Positions 30,615 through 41,520 of a stretch of 64,000 bases of DNA are shown one piece after another (the stretch's first letter is position 1; every line of letters begins with the position of its first letter). The stretch covers positions 277,629 through 341,628 of the forward strand of contig CBDBCE010000004.1 of assembly GCA_965203315.1 (NCBI GenBank), given 5' to 3'. Both the position numbers and the translations under genes were made by a program. This DNA is from Nitrosopumilus sp. Lineage in GTDB: Archaea; Thermoproteota; Nitrososphaeria; Nitrososphaerales; Nitrosopumilaceae. The notes below the pieces were generated by a model, which was not told where the DNA came from, ran no database searches, and saw only the letters and a program-made list of their open reading frames with translations.

Positions 30615-33224
30615 TTGGCAGAACGCAAAAAACCTTCCAAAAAGAAAGTCGAACACTATACACATCCAAATGAAAAACGACCAAACAATCCCCAAGTTGG
30701 ACTAGTCACTCCAGATACTGATCCAGATCAGCCGCGCAAAAGATATTCCTTTGATCCTAGAATTGATCCACAACTACAATGGTCTGGAAAACAAGAAAAT
30801 TCCGAGTTTGACGTGGATACTGTTTCATTACATGTTCATGAGAGAATCGATCCAATCACAATTCTTGAAAAAGTGTTGAAGAAAGAACCACATCAACAAC
30901 AGTCCATATTTGCATACTTTGAAACACCCGAAAATAATCCTCCTTTACGGGAAGCCATTGAATTTTACAAGCATGAGCATGGTTGGGCTAATCGGTTGAT
31001 TGCAGGCGACTCATTAATTGTCATGAATTCTCTGCTAGAGAAAGAAGGAATGGTGGGGAAAGTTCAAATGATCTATATAGATCCACCGTATGGAATCAAA
31101 TATGGTTCTAACTTTCAACCCTTTGTCAACAAGTATGATGTCAAAGATGGTAAAGATGAAGATTTGACTTCAGAACCTGAAACACTCAAAGCATTTAGAG
31201 ACACATGGGAATTAGGCATACATTCCTATCTATCCTATTTGAGACAGAGACTTTTGCTTGTAAGAGAACTCTTAACTGACTCTGGAAGTTGTTTTGTTCA
31301 GATTTCGGACGAAAATGTACATCTAGTAAGAGTGATAATGGACGAAATATTTGGTAGAAGTAATTTTATAAGCTTGATCACATTTAGACGAAAACCAAAT
31401 TCAATGGGAGCAAAAATAATGGGTTCAGTTTCAGACCATATAATTTGGTATGCTAAGGATAAAAAACACATTAAATCACATAAACTGTTTGAGAGCCGTA
31501 ATCCAGAATTAGGCAAAACATGGAGTTTTATAGAACTATCTAATGGTATAAGAAGGAAATTAACAAAAGAAGAAATAGAAAAACCAAATTCAATTCCACC
31601 TATGAGTAAAATTTTCACGTCGTATAAATTAGCACCATCTGCATTTAGTCAGGAATACACATTTCCTGTTATGTATAAAGACAAAAAATATTTACCACCA
31701 TACACAGGTGGGGGAAGATGCTGGAAAACTACCAAGGAAGGGATGGATGCACTGATAAAGAAAGATAGAGTATTGCCATCTGGAGATACACTAAGATTTG
31801 TAGGGTATTGGAATGATTTTCCATATGTTGAGATAGATAATTTATGGTATAAAATATCTACAACAGGTAACAAAATATATGTTGTTGAGACATCTTCTAA
31901 TACTATTTCACGATGTATATTGATGACTACAGATCCTGGAGATTTAGTTTTAGACATTACATGTGGAAGTGGAACTACAGCATACACGTCAGAAAAATTA
32001 GGAAGGCGTTGGATTACCTGTGATACTTCACGACTTGCAATTACACTAGCTAAACAACGCCTAATGACAGGAAAATTTGACTATTATGAAATTATGGAAC
32101 CTACAGAAGGTGTGTCTTCCGGTTTTAAATATGATACGGCACCACACATTACACTTGGAACAATAGCAAATAATGAACCACCACTTGAGGAAATTCTTTA
32201 TGACAAACCAAAAATAGATAAATCAAAAGTACGAATAACTGGTCCATTTACAGTCGAGGCGGTACCATCACCCACTGTCAAATCGTTAGATGTCTTATCA
32301 CATGATGGCAATTCACAAAATGTACAACACAGTAACAACTCACCACAAGAGTATTGGCGAGACGAACTGCTCAAGACAGGAATTAGAGGAAAGAATAAAC
32401 AAAAGATCGAATTTACTCATGTCGAATCTCATCCTGCAACAAAATGGCTACACGCAGATGCAGAGACAAAAGAAGACAAACCAAAACGAGTAATGATATC
32501 ATTTGGACCAGAACATGCGCCACTAGAACAACGTCAGGTCGCATCAGCTATCGAAGAAGCACAATCCATAGTCCCAAAACCAAAGATGATAATCTTTGCC
32601 GCAATGCAGTTTGATCCTGAAGCTGCAAAAGATATCGACGAATTAAAATGGCCAGGAGTCACAGTTCTCAAGGTGGAGATGAATAAAGATCTCTTGACTA
32701 AGGATCTAAAGAAGAAACGTTCCACCAATGAATCCTTTTGGTTAGTGGGGCAACCCGATGTTGAACTAGATCTAGTCAATGATGTAGATGATGGTGGTAA
32801 AAACAGTAGCAAAAAAGATAGTAAAAAGTCTAGTAAAAACGGTAAAGCGAATAGCAAGTCTAGCCACAAAGATGACGATGAATCAAAAAGATACATAATT
32901 CGTGTTAATGGCTTTGACTATTACAATACAAATACAGACGAAATAGAGTCTGGGGATTCATCAAAGATTGCAATGTGGATGCTCGATACTGACTATGATG
33001 GACGCAGTGTATATCCGCAACAAGTATTCTTTCCAATGGAAGGAGATAAAGGAGGATGGAGCAAACTAGCAAAGACACTACAAGCACAAATAGACGATGA
33101 ATTAATCTCAAAGTATCATGGAACTGTATCGATTCCATTTACAGCAGGACCAAACAAGAGAGCAGCCGTCAAGATCATCGACGACCGAGGCATAGAGTCA
33201 CTAAAGATCATACAGTTGGAATAA
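30615..33224 (+). CDS. mod: type III restriction-modification methyltransferase (Mod, N6-adenine)
   Basis: IYIDPPYG motif IV, central TRD, DITCGSGTT motif I; overlaps res. Confidence 0.92.
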   Translation: MAERKKPSKKKVEHYTHPNEKRPNNPQVGLVTPDTDPDQPRKRYSFDPRIDPQLQWSGKQENSEFDVDTVSLHVHERIDPITILEKVLKKEPHQQQSIFAYFETPENNPPLREAIEFYKHEHGWANRLIAGDSLIVMNSLLEKEGMVGKVQMIYIDPPYGIKYGSNFQPFVNKYDVKDGKDEDLTSEPETLKAFRDTWELGIHSYLSYLRQRLLLVRELLTDSGSCFVQISDENVHLVRVIMDEIFGRSNFISLITFRRKPNSMGAKIMGSVSDHIIWYAKDKKHIKSHKLFESRNPELGKTWSFIELSNGIRRKLTKEEIEKPNSIPPMSKIFTSYKLAPSAFSQEYTFPVMYKDKKYLPPYTGGGRCWKTTKEGMDALIKKDRVLPSGDTLRFVGYWNDFPYVEIDNLWYKISTTGNKIYVVETSSNTISRCILMTTDPGDLVLDITCGSGTTAYTSEKLGRRWITCDTSRLAITLAKQRLMTGKFDYYEIMEPTEGVSSGFKYDTAPHITLGTIANNEPPLEEILYDKPKIDKSKVRITGPFTVEAVPSPTVKSLDVLSHDGNSQNVQHSNNSPQEYWRDELLKTGIRGKNKQKIEFTHVESHPATKWLHADAETKEDKPKRVMISFGPEHAPLEQRQVASAIEEAQSIVPKPKMIIFAAMQFDPEAAKDIDELKWPGVTVLKVEMNKDLLTKDLKKKRSTNESFWLVGQPDVELDLVNDVDDGGKNSSKKDSKKSSKNGKANSKSSHKDDDESKRYIIRVNGFDYYNTNTDEIESGDSSKIAMWMLDTDYDGRSVYPQQVFFPMEGDKGGWSKLAKTLQAQIDDELISKYHGTVSIPFTAGPNKRAAVKIIDDRGIESLKIIQLE

Positions 33225-36073
33225 TGACCGGCATAGACAATCTAATCATCTGCAATCCGTATAAAGTGCCATCAAAGCACTGGAGATATGATCGTACAAA
33301 ACGCAAGTTTGATCTAGTACCCGGCAGACGTCCAGCTGGATTTTTGATTGCATCCCAAGACAGTAAATCATTTGATGATCCTGGTGAATTTAAAGAACTG
33401 GGACTAGTAAACAATATTCGTGATAGAGTAGACTCGTGGCGAGAGAGAGGCTACCCAAACATCACCGGTATCACAAAACAACTCTTGGAGTTTTGGAACG
33501 ATGAAACAAAACGTGAAGATAGACTATTCTTTTGTCAACTCGAAGCAATAGAGACTCTGATCTGGTTGGTCGAAGGTCCAGACTCTGACAAACAAGGCAT
33601 AGACGTTCCATCAGATGGAGGAGAATTTCAGAGACTATGTTGCAAGATGGCGACTGGTACAGGTAAAACAATCGTGATGGCAATGTTGATTGCATGGCAG
33701 ATACTCAACAAGATCACCTATCCAAGAGATACGAGATTCTCAAAGAATGTATTGATCATGGCGCCAGGTCTGACTGTAAAGTCCCGACTACAAGTCTTGT
33801 ATCCAACAGATCCAAACAACTTTTACGAACAATTTAACCTAGTTCCAGAGTCTCTACTGGATAGACTATACCGTGGAAACCTCATTATCCACAACTGGCA
33901 TACATTGATGCCAGAGACAGACGCACCTAGAAGTGTAGTAAAGCTGGGCAAAGAGAGTAACACTGTATTTTCAAAAAGAATACTGAACCACGATCTAAAG
34001 AACATCCTAGTTATCAACGATGAGGCACACCATGCATATCGCGCAAGTACAGATCAAGCAAAAAAGATATCCAACAGAGATCTAGAACGAGACAAACGTT
34101 GGATCGAAGGTCTAGACAAGATACACAACGCAAGAAATATTGTACACTGTTTTGATTTCTCTGCAACGCCTTTTATTCCGTCAGGCAAGAATGTCAGTGA
34201 AGATACTCTGTTTGAATGGATAGTCTCTGACTTTTCACTAAACGATGCAATAGAGTCAGGACTTACCAAGACACCGCGAATAGCGATTCGTGACGACAGT
34301 GGCAAATTTACCAAAGAGTATCGTTCTAGATTCTATCACATATACAAAGACGACGAGGTAAAACCAGATCTCAACCGTAACTCTAAGCCACACGAAGAGC
34401 TACCAGATCTCGTATCAAACGCCTACAAGATTCTGGGTCAAGACTGGATAGAGACCAAAAAACTCTGGGATGAAAAGGGCTCCAAGATTCCTCCTGTAAT
34501 GATCACAGTATGCAACAAGACAAACGCAGCTGCGCGAGTAACATACTCGTTTGAGAAGAATCGTTTTGATCTACCAGAACTATCTGTGCCAGAGTATCTG
34601 CTACATATCGACTCGACAACGATAGACAAGGCCGAGTCAAAGAGTGCAATAGATATCAGTTCCACAAAACTAGAAGACAACTTGCGTGTAAAGGTCGACA
34701 CAGTTGGTAAAGAGGGCGAGGTAGGTGAGCAGATACGAAATATCGTTGCTGTACAGATGCTCTCTGAAGGCTGGGATGCACGAAACGTCACACATATCAT
34801 GGGTCTACGAGCATTCTCTAGCCAACTATTATGTGAACAGGTGGTGGGACGAGGTCTCAGGAGAACGTCATACGAGATCGATCCAGAGACTCAACTCTTC
34901 TCACCCGAGTATGTGAACGTCTTTGGTGTACCATTTACGTTTCTGCCGCACGAGGGTGGTGACGGTACACCTCCGCCTCCAACCGCCCCAACCACATCTA
35001 TATTTCCAGATCCAGAAAAGATACAGCACGAGATATCGTGGCCTAACATCGAACGAATCGATATCGATTACACAACCAAACTTGAAGTAGATTGGAGCAA
35101 GACTAGTAACATCGAACTATACAGTAGTGGTACAGCTACTAGTGTTGATGTGGCAGATGTGATAGAAGGAAAACCTCACACAGACAAGATGACAAATATC
35201 AGTCTACATAAACAAGAGCGATTGCAGAGGATCATCTTTCTAGCTGCAAAACATGTCTATGAAGAGATGAGACCAAACTGGAAAGGTAACAAAGAGCTAC
35301 TCTTGATTCAGATCGTAAAGCTAGTCGAAGAGTTTATTCATCTAGACAAGATCATCGTGACCGATGTGATACACGATGAGAAACGTAAAAGGATGACGAT
35401 ACTATTCAATATGCAAAAGATAGTGTCACATGTATGCAAAAGCATCAAAGACAACAACATCGATTCAAGACGTATTCACTTGAACTCCAAAAAACCAATA
35501 AAATCTACGTCTGATATGCGTCCTTGGTCTACAAAAAAGCCTGCCGAGTATACTACAAAATCACACATCAACATGGCAGTATACGACTCTACATGGGAGA
35601 TGAGCACAGGACAAGAGCTAGAGAGAAACAAGAGTGTGGTATCTTGGGTTCGAAACGCTAGGATCGGCTTTAACATAAAGTATCTCTTCAACGGCATAAC
35701 ACATGACTATTATCCAGATTTCATGATCAGATTAAAGAACAACATTACACTAGTTTTAGAGATAAAGGGAAAAGATGATGCACAGAATAAAGAGAAACGC
35801 AAGTATCTTGCAGAGTGGATCGATATTGTAAACGCAACTGGTGTATATGGAACATGGTCGTGGGACGTAGCGTTTAGTCCAGGTGAGGTTCGTGGAATCA
35901 TTGCCAAACATAGTTCGTCTAGCGTATCTGCAAACGAGTATACTAGGTGCCCAAAGTGTCACAAATCAGCAGAGTCTAGACAAGATATCGAGCGAGATTT
36001 TGGATTTCGAAACATTGACGGAATCATCAGACCGCAATCATGGTGCAGGTCTTGCAGACGATCAAATGTATAG
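33224..36073 (+). CDS. res: type III restriction endonuclease/helicase (Res)
   Basis: MATGTGKT, DEAHH, SATP, EGWD, GRGLR, YYPDF...LEIKG nuclease; extra C-terminal CPKC...WCRSC. Confidence 0.92.
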   Translation: MTGIDNLIICNPYKVPSKHWRYDRTKRKFDLVPGRRPAGFLIASQDSKSFDDPGEFKELGLVNNIRDRVDSWRERGYPNITGITKQLLEFWNDETKREDRLFFCQLEAIETLIWLVEGPDSDKQGIDVPSDGGEFQRLCCKMATGTGKTIVMAMLIAWQILNKITYPRDTRFSKNVLIMAPGLTVKSRLQVLYPTDPNNFYEQFNLVPESLLDRLYRGNLIIHNWHTLMPETDAPRSVVKLGKESNTVFSKRILNHDLKNILVINDEAHHAYRASTDQAKKISNRDLERDKRWIEGLDKIHNARNIVHCFDFSATPFIPSGKNVSEDTLFEWIVSDFSLNDAIESGLTKTPRIAIRDDSGKFTKEYRSRFYHIYKDDEVKPDLNRNSKPHEELPDLVSNAYKILGQDWIETKKLWDEKGSKIPPVMITVCNKTNAAARVTYSFEKNRFDLPELSVPEYLLHIDSTTIDKAESKSAIDISSTKLEDNLRVKVDTVGKEGEVGEQIRNIVAVQMLSEGWDARNVTHIMGLRAFSSQLLCEQVVGRGLRRTSYEIDPETQLFSPEYVNVFGVPFTFLPHEGGDGTPPPPTAPTTSIFPDPEKIQHEISWPNIERIDIDYTTKLEVDWSKTSNIELYSSGTATSVDVADVIEGKPHTDKMTNISLHKQERLQRIIFLAAKHVYEEMRPNWKGNKELLLIQIVKLVEEFIHLDKIIVTDVIHDEKRKRMTILFNMQKIVSHVCKSIKDNNIDSRRIHLNSKKPIKSTSDMRPWSTKKPAEYTTKSHINMAVYDSTWEMSTGQELERNKSVVSWVRNARIGFNIKYLFNGITHDYYPDFMIRLKNNITLVLEIKGKDDAQNKEKRKYLAEWIDIVNATGVYGTWSWDVAFSPGEVRGIIAKHSSSSVSANEYTRCPKCHKSAESRQDIERDFGFRNIDGIIRPQSWCRSCRRSNV

Positions 36074-36100
36074 TGCGAGTCTTTTTAACTTGCGGTGTAC

Positions 36101-36207
36101 AGATCTCTCCGATTTACATGGGGTGGCATTTTACAAGACTTGTCCGCCCCTATCAAGACTTGTACTTTTTTTTTCTGTTAAAATTCTATCTCAAACCGAA
36201 GGGATTC
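36101..36207 (+). mobile_element. MITE family B
   Basis: AGATCTCTCCGATTTACATGGGG...AAACCGAAGGGATTC. Confidence 0.7.
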
Positions 36208-36280
36208 TCTCAAAGCGTTTTTGTGTTTGTTTCTTGAATTGATGCCGTACCAGAACAGTGTACTAGAACCTACAAGATAC

Positions 36281-36306
36281 TTTTATAAGATACATGGGGG
36301 GGGGGG
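36281..36306 (+). promoter_or_regulatory. TATA box followed by G11 tract
   Basis: TTTTATAA at 36281-36288; G11 at 36296-36306; TTG at 36315. Confidence 0.75.
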
Positions 36307-36314
36307 AGTAATTA

Positions 36315-39300
36315 TTGAGTAAGTGTCATCTGTTCTTTCTGCTATCCTTGATAGCAGTTGTACCGTTTTTGATATTCTATGCACCTGATGCATATGCAGC
36401 ACCCATTACCATTCCTGAACCCTCTGGTTATCCTACTACTACTAACCTAGATTATTTTGGCTACAATGAAATATACAATAATCGTAGCGCGATTTTAGAT
36501 TCAGAACTCTTTAGTCCAGAAAACAACAATGACAAGGGAGAGATATACATACAATCAAACACACGTGTACTGCCCCATCCACAATTTACACCTGGTGAAC
36601 GTCTTATTTCTGTATTCGATGTTCTGACTAACAATCCTGCTAATATCACAAAGCCTAGTAATGTGGTTGGTAATCACAACATTTTGCTAATTCACAGCAC
36701 TGTTACTACTCCTCCAGGACCTCACACCTACTCTCGTATTCTTAGTGGTAACACTGGAACTGCACCTCTATTGCTTGATAAAGAGGTGCGAGTCTCGATC
36801 AACAGTACAGGGATCTCTTCTCCCAAACCCTTCTTCTTTTCTACCTTTGAGAATATAACTCAGGGGCATCCAATACCTGAATGTAGTGCTACCAACTTTG
36901 ACAGCTCTGCTCAAACTCTAAAAGATAACTACAAGATGTGTTTTGGCATTTTAAATGACTATGTTGTTGTAATCACAAAACGCCTTGGACACTTTGGCGT
37001 AACGACCACACTGAATGCGCCTAGTACTCCTATAGATATACACGCTCGTACACTATCCATACCACCACTAACCAACAAGGACCCGACTGGTACTGCTTTG
37101 GTATTTAGATCAGACATCCATAATGACGGTCAGGTATATGCTGCATATGATGCTCGAGCTAGAGTATCCAATGTTCTTCCAACTAATTCTCCAGGTGATA
37201 TTCATATACAGAGTGAAACTTTTACACTCGTAAACGATCTATTCAAGGGTACCGGTGCCTATTCTTGCAGTGCACATTTTGAGAGTGTTTCATCTATAAA
37301 CGGACGTGGTACTTATGGTGATTCAAGGATTGAAATGCCAAATAACACATCTCCAGACACAACTGCTGCATACGGGCTAGACTTTTACAACGATACTAGT
37401 AAAACAACACCGTGCTCACCAGATCCAGAAGCCACCTCTACTGAGCCACTGATAACCAACAAAGAGATACGCATTACCATATACAGCGCGACAGACAAAA
37501 AACCATTCTACTTTTCACCACGTGACAATATAACCGACGCACAACCAATTCCTGCATGTACAACTGATATGATCGACACAAGCAACAACAATGTTCTCAA
37601 AGGCGGCAATACTGTATGTTATGGTGTACACGGTAATGACGTGGTCATCATTACAAAACGACTGGTTGGGTTTTACGGTGCAGCCGACAGCGTCACCACA
37701 CCTACAAATCCGGTAGACCTCAATCCTGTATCACAGACTCCGTCTCCCACGCCTATTGCTCCACCTGACCTTTCATCTCTACTAACAATACAACCACTAA
37801 CTACCGCAAAACCACTTGGCGCTGCTATGCAATTTCTTTCAAACAGTAATACTGACGGTCAGATATATCACTTACCTAATACTCGAGCTGGTGTAGCCAT
37901 CGCTTATCAAGGTGACATTTCTCCAGGTGATATTCATCTCCAGGGCAATATTTTCACACTCGTAACCGATCTATTCAAGGGTGCTGGTGATTATTCTTGC
38001 TGGACACAATTTGAGCGTGTTTCAGGTATAAACACATACGGTAATTACGGTGATTCAGTGCTTGAGATGCCAAATAACACTTCTCCAAACGCTCAAGCAT
38101 ACGGACTAGACTTTTTTTCCGACGTTCGCAACAAAACAGCAAAATGTTCACCAGATCCAGAAGCTGTACATAGCCAACCACTAGTAACCGACAAAGAGAT
38201 ACGCATTACCATATACAACGCGACAGACAAATGGCCATTCTACTTTTCACCACGTGACAATATAACTACTGCTCAACTCATACCTGCATGTACAACTGGT
38301 ATGATCGATACAAGCAACAACAATGCTCTCAAAGGCGACAATACTCTATGTTATGGTAGAAACGGCGCAGACGTAGTCATTATAACAAAACGACTGACTG
38401 GGTTTTATGGCGTAGCAGACAGCGTTACAACACCTGCAGATCCAACAGATCTCAATGCCGCCATACCTGTTGTATCTCTTACCAATCCCGTAACCGGTAA
38501 AATACAAACACACGAATACTATACTGAAAAGATAAACAGTACATCTCTGATAGAATATCCCAACCCTGTCTTTTTGTACAACACATTACCTCTTTGCGAG
38601 GACTCTGTTCGTGGCACACATCAGACAATACAAATGACAACAAAAGGAGATATTTTGTTCAAGTATGCTCTAAATGGAGTACAATTTGACGGCAGGCTAT
38701 TCCTGACTCTGACAGATCACACTCCCAAAAAGACCATATCGCTAGACTCTAACTTTGTCCAACAGCGTGGTCATTGGTACAACTATAACAGTACTCTTCC
38801 AAAGAGTATACTGGATCAGTTTGGCAACTTTACCAGCATAAACGCCAGACTGTTTGTGACCAATGACACCATACCAAACAAAAACATATTCAGCAACAGC
38901 TCTACAGGTTCACCTCTATACTATAAAAGCCAGAAAAAGGCTATCATGGAGTTGCCAGATGCTGCAGATACAGTAACCTTTGTACCTGGTAAAGTACCAG
39001 GTGTCCGTGGCAATGTACATGTTCCACAGGGTGATACTGTACCACTAACCGCAGAGATACTGTGCCAGTTTGGTCATATACAACCATCTCCATCAGCTCA
39101 GGTATTTGATCTAGGTATATCTGCAGATAACGCAACAAACGGTCTCGAGATCAAGTATGAATTTACATCAAAGACGTTCTATCAAGGTGCAGAGGAACAG
39201 AAACCGACAAAGTTCTTTTGGATTGCAACCGACTCTGACGGCAACTCTGTCAACGGTGATACAACTCGTACCATAACCAATTCATACAACTTTGTCATTC

Positions 39301-41090
39301 CTCAAAGTACATCCGGTACATATGATATAGTGATATACGGCTCTGATGCTGAACGTACACTAATAGGTACACATGCCGGTTCGTACACGTTTGCAGCTGC
39401 ATCTGGTACCAACCAAACTGTACCCACACCTGTGACCAATCAAACCACGCCCACAACACATGGCCAAACACTAACGATAACCATACCAAATACCACTCCG
39501 TCTACTGCAACTATTGGTCTCAATACTCAGACAGCAAACGAAATAAAGTTCATCACTAGAGAGACCTCTCAAGGAAACGGTACTAGATATCATCACCACG
39601 ATGATGATTCTGATGATACTAGGGCCGATATTACCATCCATTATAACACAAAGATAACCAGCAAAACATTCAATGTCACATCAAATTCATTCTGTTATAA
39701 TGCCGAATTGCAAGTTGGTGATGATATTACGATACCAAAGTTGAACAACTATACGGCATTGGCACTAGAGATCACAGACTTTACTCCCAAATGTACCAAC
39801 TATCCCAATATATCATTTGACGGTAAACTGGTATTAAACAAAGAGGTCTATATACGACTAAACAACACGGACGGTCAAAACATCTTTTATCATGTGAACG
39901 GTACAAACGACATTGTACAGATACCAAAGTGTACCAGTACCAACTTTAATTCTACCAACAATACACTAAGGGGCAGTACGGAAATATGTTACGGCAAAGA
40001 CGGTACAGACACCGTCATCGTATCCAAGATACTTGCAATCTTTGGAGCGACAACAGAGTCTATTCCAAAGCCTGGTACTTCGACTGGTCCAGGTACAACA
40101 AAACCTACGACTGGAGATGATCAAGACGACAAAGACTCTGACACATCAAGAGATCTAGCAAATGCGCCAACCTTTGGCATCTCACAACTCACGGGTGAAC
40201 AGCTGGTAACATGTGGCTATAAAATGGACGACACTTGCCGTGATATTACGGGCTATCATGTCCAGTACGAACGAGACACGATACAAACCAACACGACACA
40301 CACATTTGCAATAAAGACACTAGCACCAAACATGTTGCACAACGTTATACTGGCATTTAGTGTACCAAACGTAGGCTCTCCAGTGAGTGCAGCAGAAGCA
40401 TACATTTCTGTACATCTTGGAATAAACTATAGTGAACCATCACACCACTATATCACAGATGTTACTATACACGATCCAAACAACATCATAGCCTATAATA
40501 CACAAAACACAACAGTATCTGCTGCATCTTGTTCTGGTACCGAGCTACAATGTACGCAAATAACACTCCCAGATGTGCTGTTCCGTGATATGATGAACCA
40601 TGAACCATTTGCAATACAAGTAACTGATACTCTACGATTCACATCCATAAACTACATGAACGAAGGTGTCTTTGTCACTGGTACATCCCTAAACGCACCA
40701 CCAACTGTACAACCAGGACTGACACTATCTAGTGACGATGGTAGACCAGTAAATCTCATTCTAGTCCGTACAGACAAGGTCTCTGATCTATGGGCAGACG
40801 CATTTGGCAACACGTGGAGTCGCAACTCGTTTGGCAACTTTGTCATTGTACAATATGCACCATACGCAGGTACCACTCCCGTATGTACAGACATCAACGA
40901 CAGAATATGTGCACCATTCAAGGCTAAACTCGACTGGCACAATCAAAAGATGATAGAACTACGTGACTCGTTATACGATGCATACAAGACAAAGGCATAC
41001 GCCGAGATCGACAACATCTTCACATACGAGTTTGGTGACATGGACTCTCGCACTAGAACACTGATCAATCTAGGCTGGCTAACCGAGTAG
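36315..41090 (+). CDS. giant secreted/surface protein with repeated Cys-containing modules
   Basis: Signal peptide; four KE(V/I)R/Y...IPxC...CYG...IITKRL-type modules; Thr/Pro linkers. Confidence 0.85.
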   Translation: MSKCHLFFLLSLIAVVPFLIFYAPDAYAAPITIPEPSGYPTTTNLDYFGYNEIYNNRSAILDSELFSPENNNDKGEIYIQSNTRVLPHPQFTPGERLISVFDVLTNNPANITKPSNVVGNHNILLIHSTVTTPPGPHTYSRILSGNTGTAPLLLDKEVRVSINSTGISSPKPFFFSTFENITQGHPIPECSATNFDSSAQTLKDNYKMCFGILNDYVVVITKRLGHFGVTTTLNAPSTPIDIHARTLSIPPLTNKDPTGTALVFRSDIHNDGQVYAAYDARARVSNVLPTNSPGDIHIQSETFTLVNDLFKGTGAYSCSAHFESVSSINGRGTYGDSRIEMPNNTSPDTTAAYGLDFYNDTSKTTPCSPDPEATSTEPLITNKEIRITIYSATDKKPFYFSPRDNITDAQPIPACTTDMIDTSNNNVLKGGNTVCYGVHGNDVVIITKRLVGFYGAADSVTTPTNPVDLNPVSQTPSPTPIAPPDLSSLLTIQPLTTAKPLGAAMQFLSNSNTDGQIYHLPNTRAGVAIAYQGDISPGDIHLQGNIFTLVTDLFKGAGDYSCWTQFERVSGINTYGNYGDSVLEMPNNTSPNAQAYGLDFFSDVRNKTAKCSPDPEAVHSQPLVTDKEIRITIYNATDKWPFYFSPRDNITTAQLIPACTTGMIDTSNNNALKGDNTLCYGRNGADVVIITKRLTGFYGVADSVTTPADPTDLNAAIPVVSLTNPVTGKIQTHEYYTEKINSTSLIEYPNPVFLYNTLPLCEDSVRGTHQTIQMTTKGDILFKYALNGVQFDGRLFLTLTDHTPKKTISLDSNFVQQRGHWYNYNSTLPKSILDQFGNFTSINARLFVTNDTIPNKNIFSNSSTGSPLYYKSQKKAIMELPDAADTVTFVPGKVPGVRGNVHVPQGDTVPLTAEILCQFGHIQPSPSAQVFDLGISADNATNGLEIKYEFTSKTFYQGAEEQKPTKFFWIATDSDGNSVNGDTTRTITNSYNFVIPQSTSGTYDIVIYGSDAERTLIGTHAGSYTFAAASGTNQTVPTPVTNQTTPTTHGQTLTITIPNTTPSTATIGLNTQTANEIKFITRETSQGNGTRYHHHDDDSDDTRADITIHYNTKITSKTFNVTSNSFCYNAELQVGDDITIPKLNNYTALALEITDFTPKCTNYPNISFDGKLVLNKEVYIRLNNTDGQNIFYHVNGTNDIVQIPKCTSTNFNSTNNTLRGSTEICYGKDGTDTVIVSKILAIFGATTESIPKPGTSTGPGTTKPTTGDDQDDKDSDTSRDLANAPTFGISQLTGEQLVTCGYKMDDTCRDITGYHVQYERDTIQTNTTHTFAIKTLAPNMLHNVILAFSVPNVGSPVSAAEAYISVHLGINYSEPSHHYITDVTIHDPNNIIAYNTQNTTVSAASCSGTELQCTQITLPDVLFRDMMNHEPFAIQVTDTLRFTSINYMNEGVFVTGTSLNAPPTVQPGLTLSSDDGRPVNLILVRTDKVSDLWADAFGNTWSRNSFGNFVIVQYAPYAGTTPVCTDINDRICAPFKAKLDWHNQKMIELRDSLYDAYKTKAYAEIDNIFTYEFGDMDSRTRTLINLGWLTE
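37051..38455 (+). repeat. intragenic ~732-bp domain duplication
   Basis: e.g. AAAGAGATACGCATTACCATATAC at 37461 and 38193. Confidence 0.85.
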
Positions 41091-41215
41091 GTTTGTATTC
41101 TGGATGTGATGTATCAAGTACACCATTCATCTGGCATAATATTCAATTCCTGTTGATTATTAGGGTTGAGTTGAAATGTACACAAAAAGGACAACTTTGT
41201 GATATTCTATCTTGA

Positions 41216-41331
41216 GGATCTCTTCGATTTGTGTCGGATATGATTTTACAGAAAAAGTACTAGGATTCTATAAGGAAAATTTAGTGAGGACAGTCTTATA
41301 AAATCTAATCATACGTAAACCAAAAAGATCT
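41216..41331 (-). mobile_element. MITE family B
   Basis: GGATCTCTTCGATTTG...TAAACCAAAAAGATCT; closest to the 197-313 copy including flanks. Confidence 0.8.
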
Positions 41332-41520
41332 GCGGTGGATGAAGCAATGATAAAAAATTAGAAAATTTACCTATTTCAAGATCCAAATACCAAAACAGAG
41401 TTTTTAAAATGCCATCTCAACCAATCAACAAAATTTTTGGATAATTATGTACGATCTTGCATTCTACTACAAATTACAAAGACTGATGGTATAGCATTTG
41501 AAAAGACTGATAACTAGTGA

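Noticed and set aside
36294-36311. G11 as a coding frameshift switch from ATG at 36294
   Set aside because: Stops occur in all three frames before or just past the TTG, so no tract length fuses it to the ORF; any effect must be non-coding.
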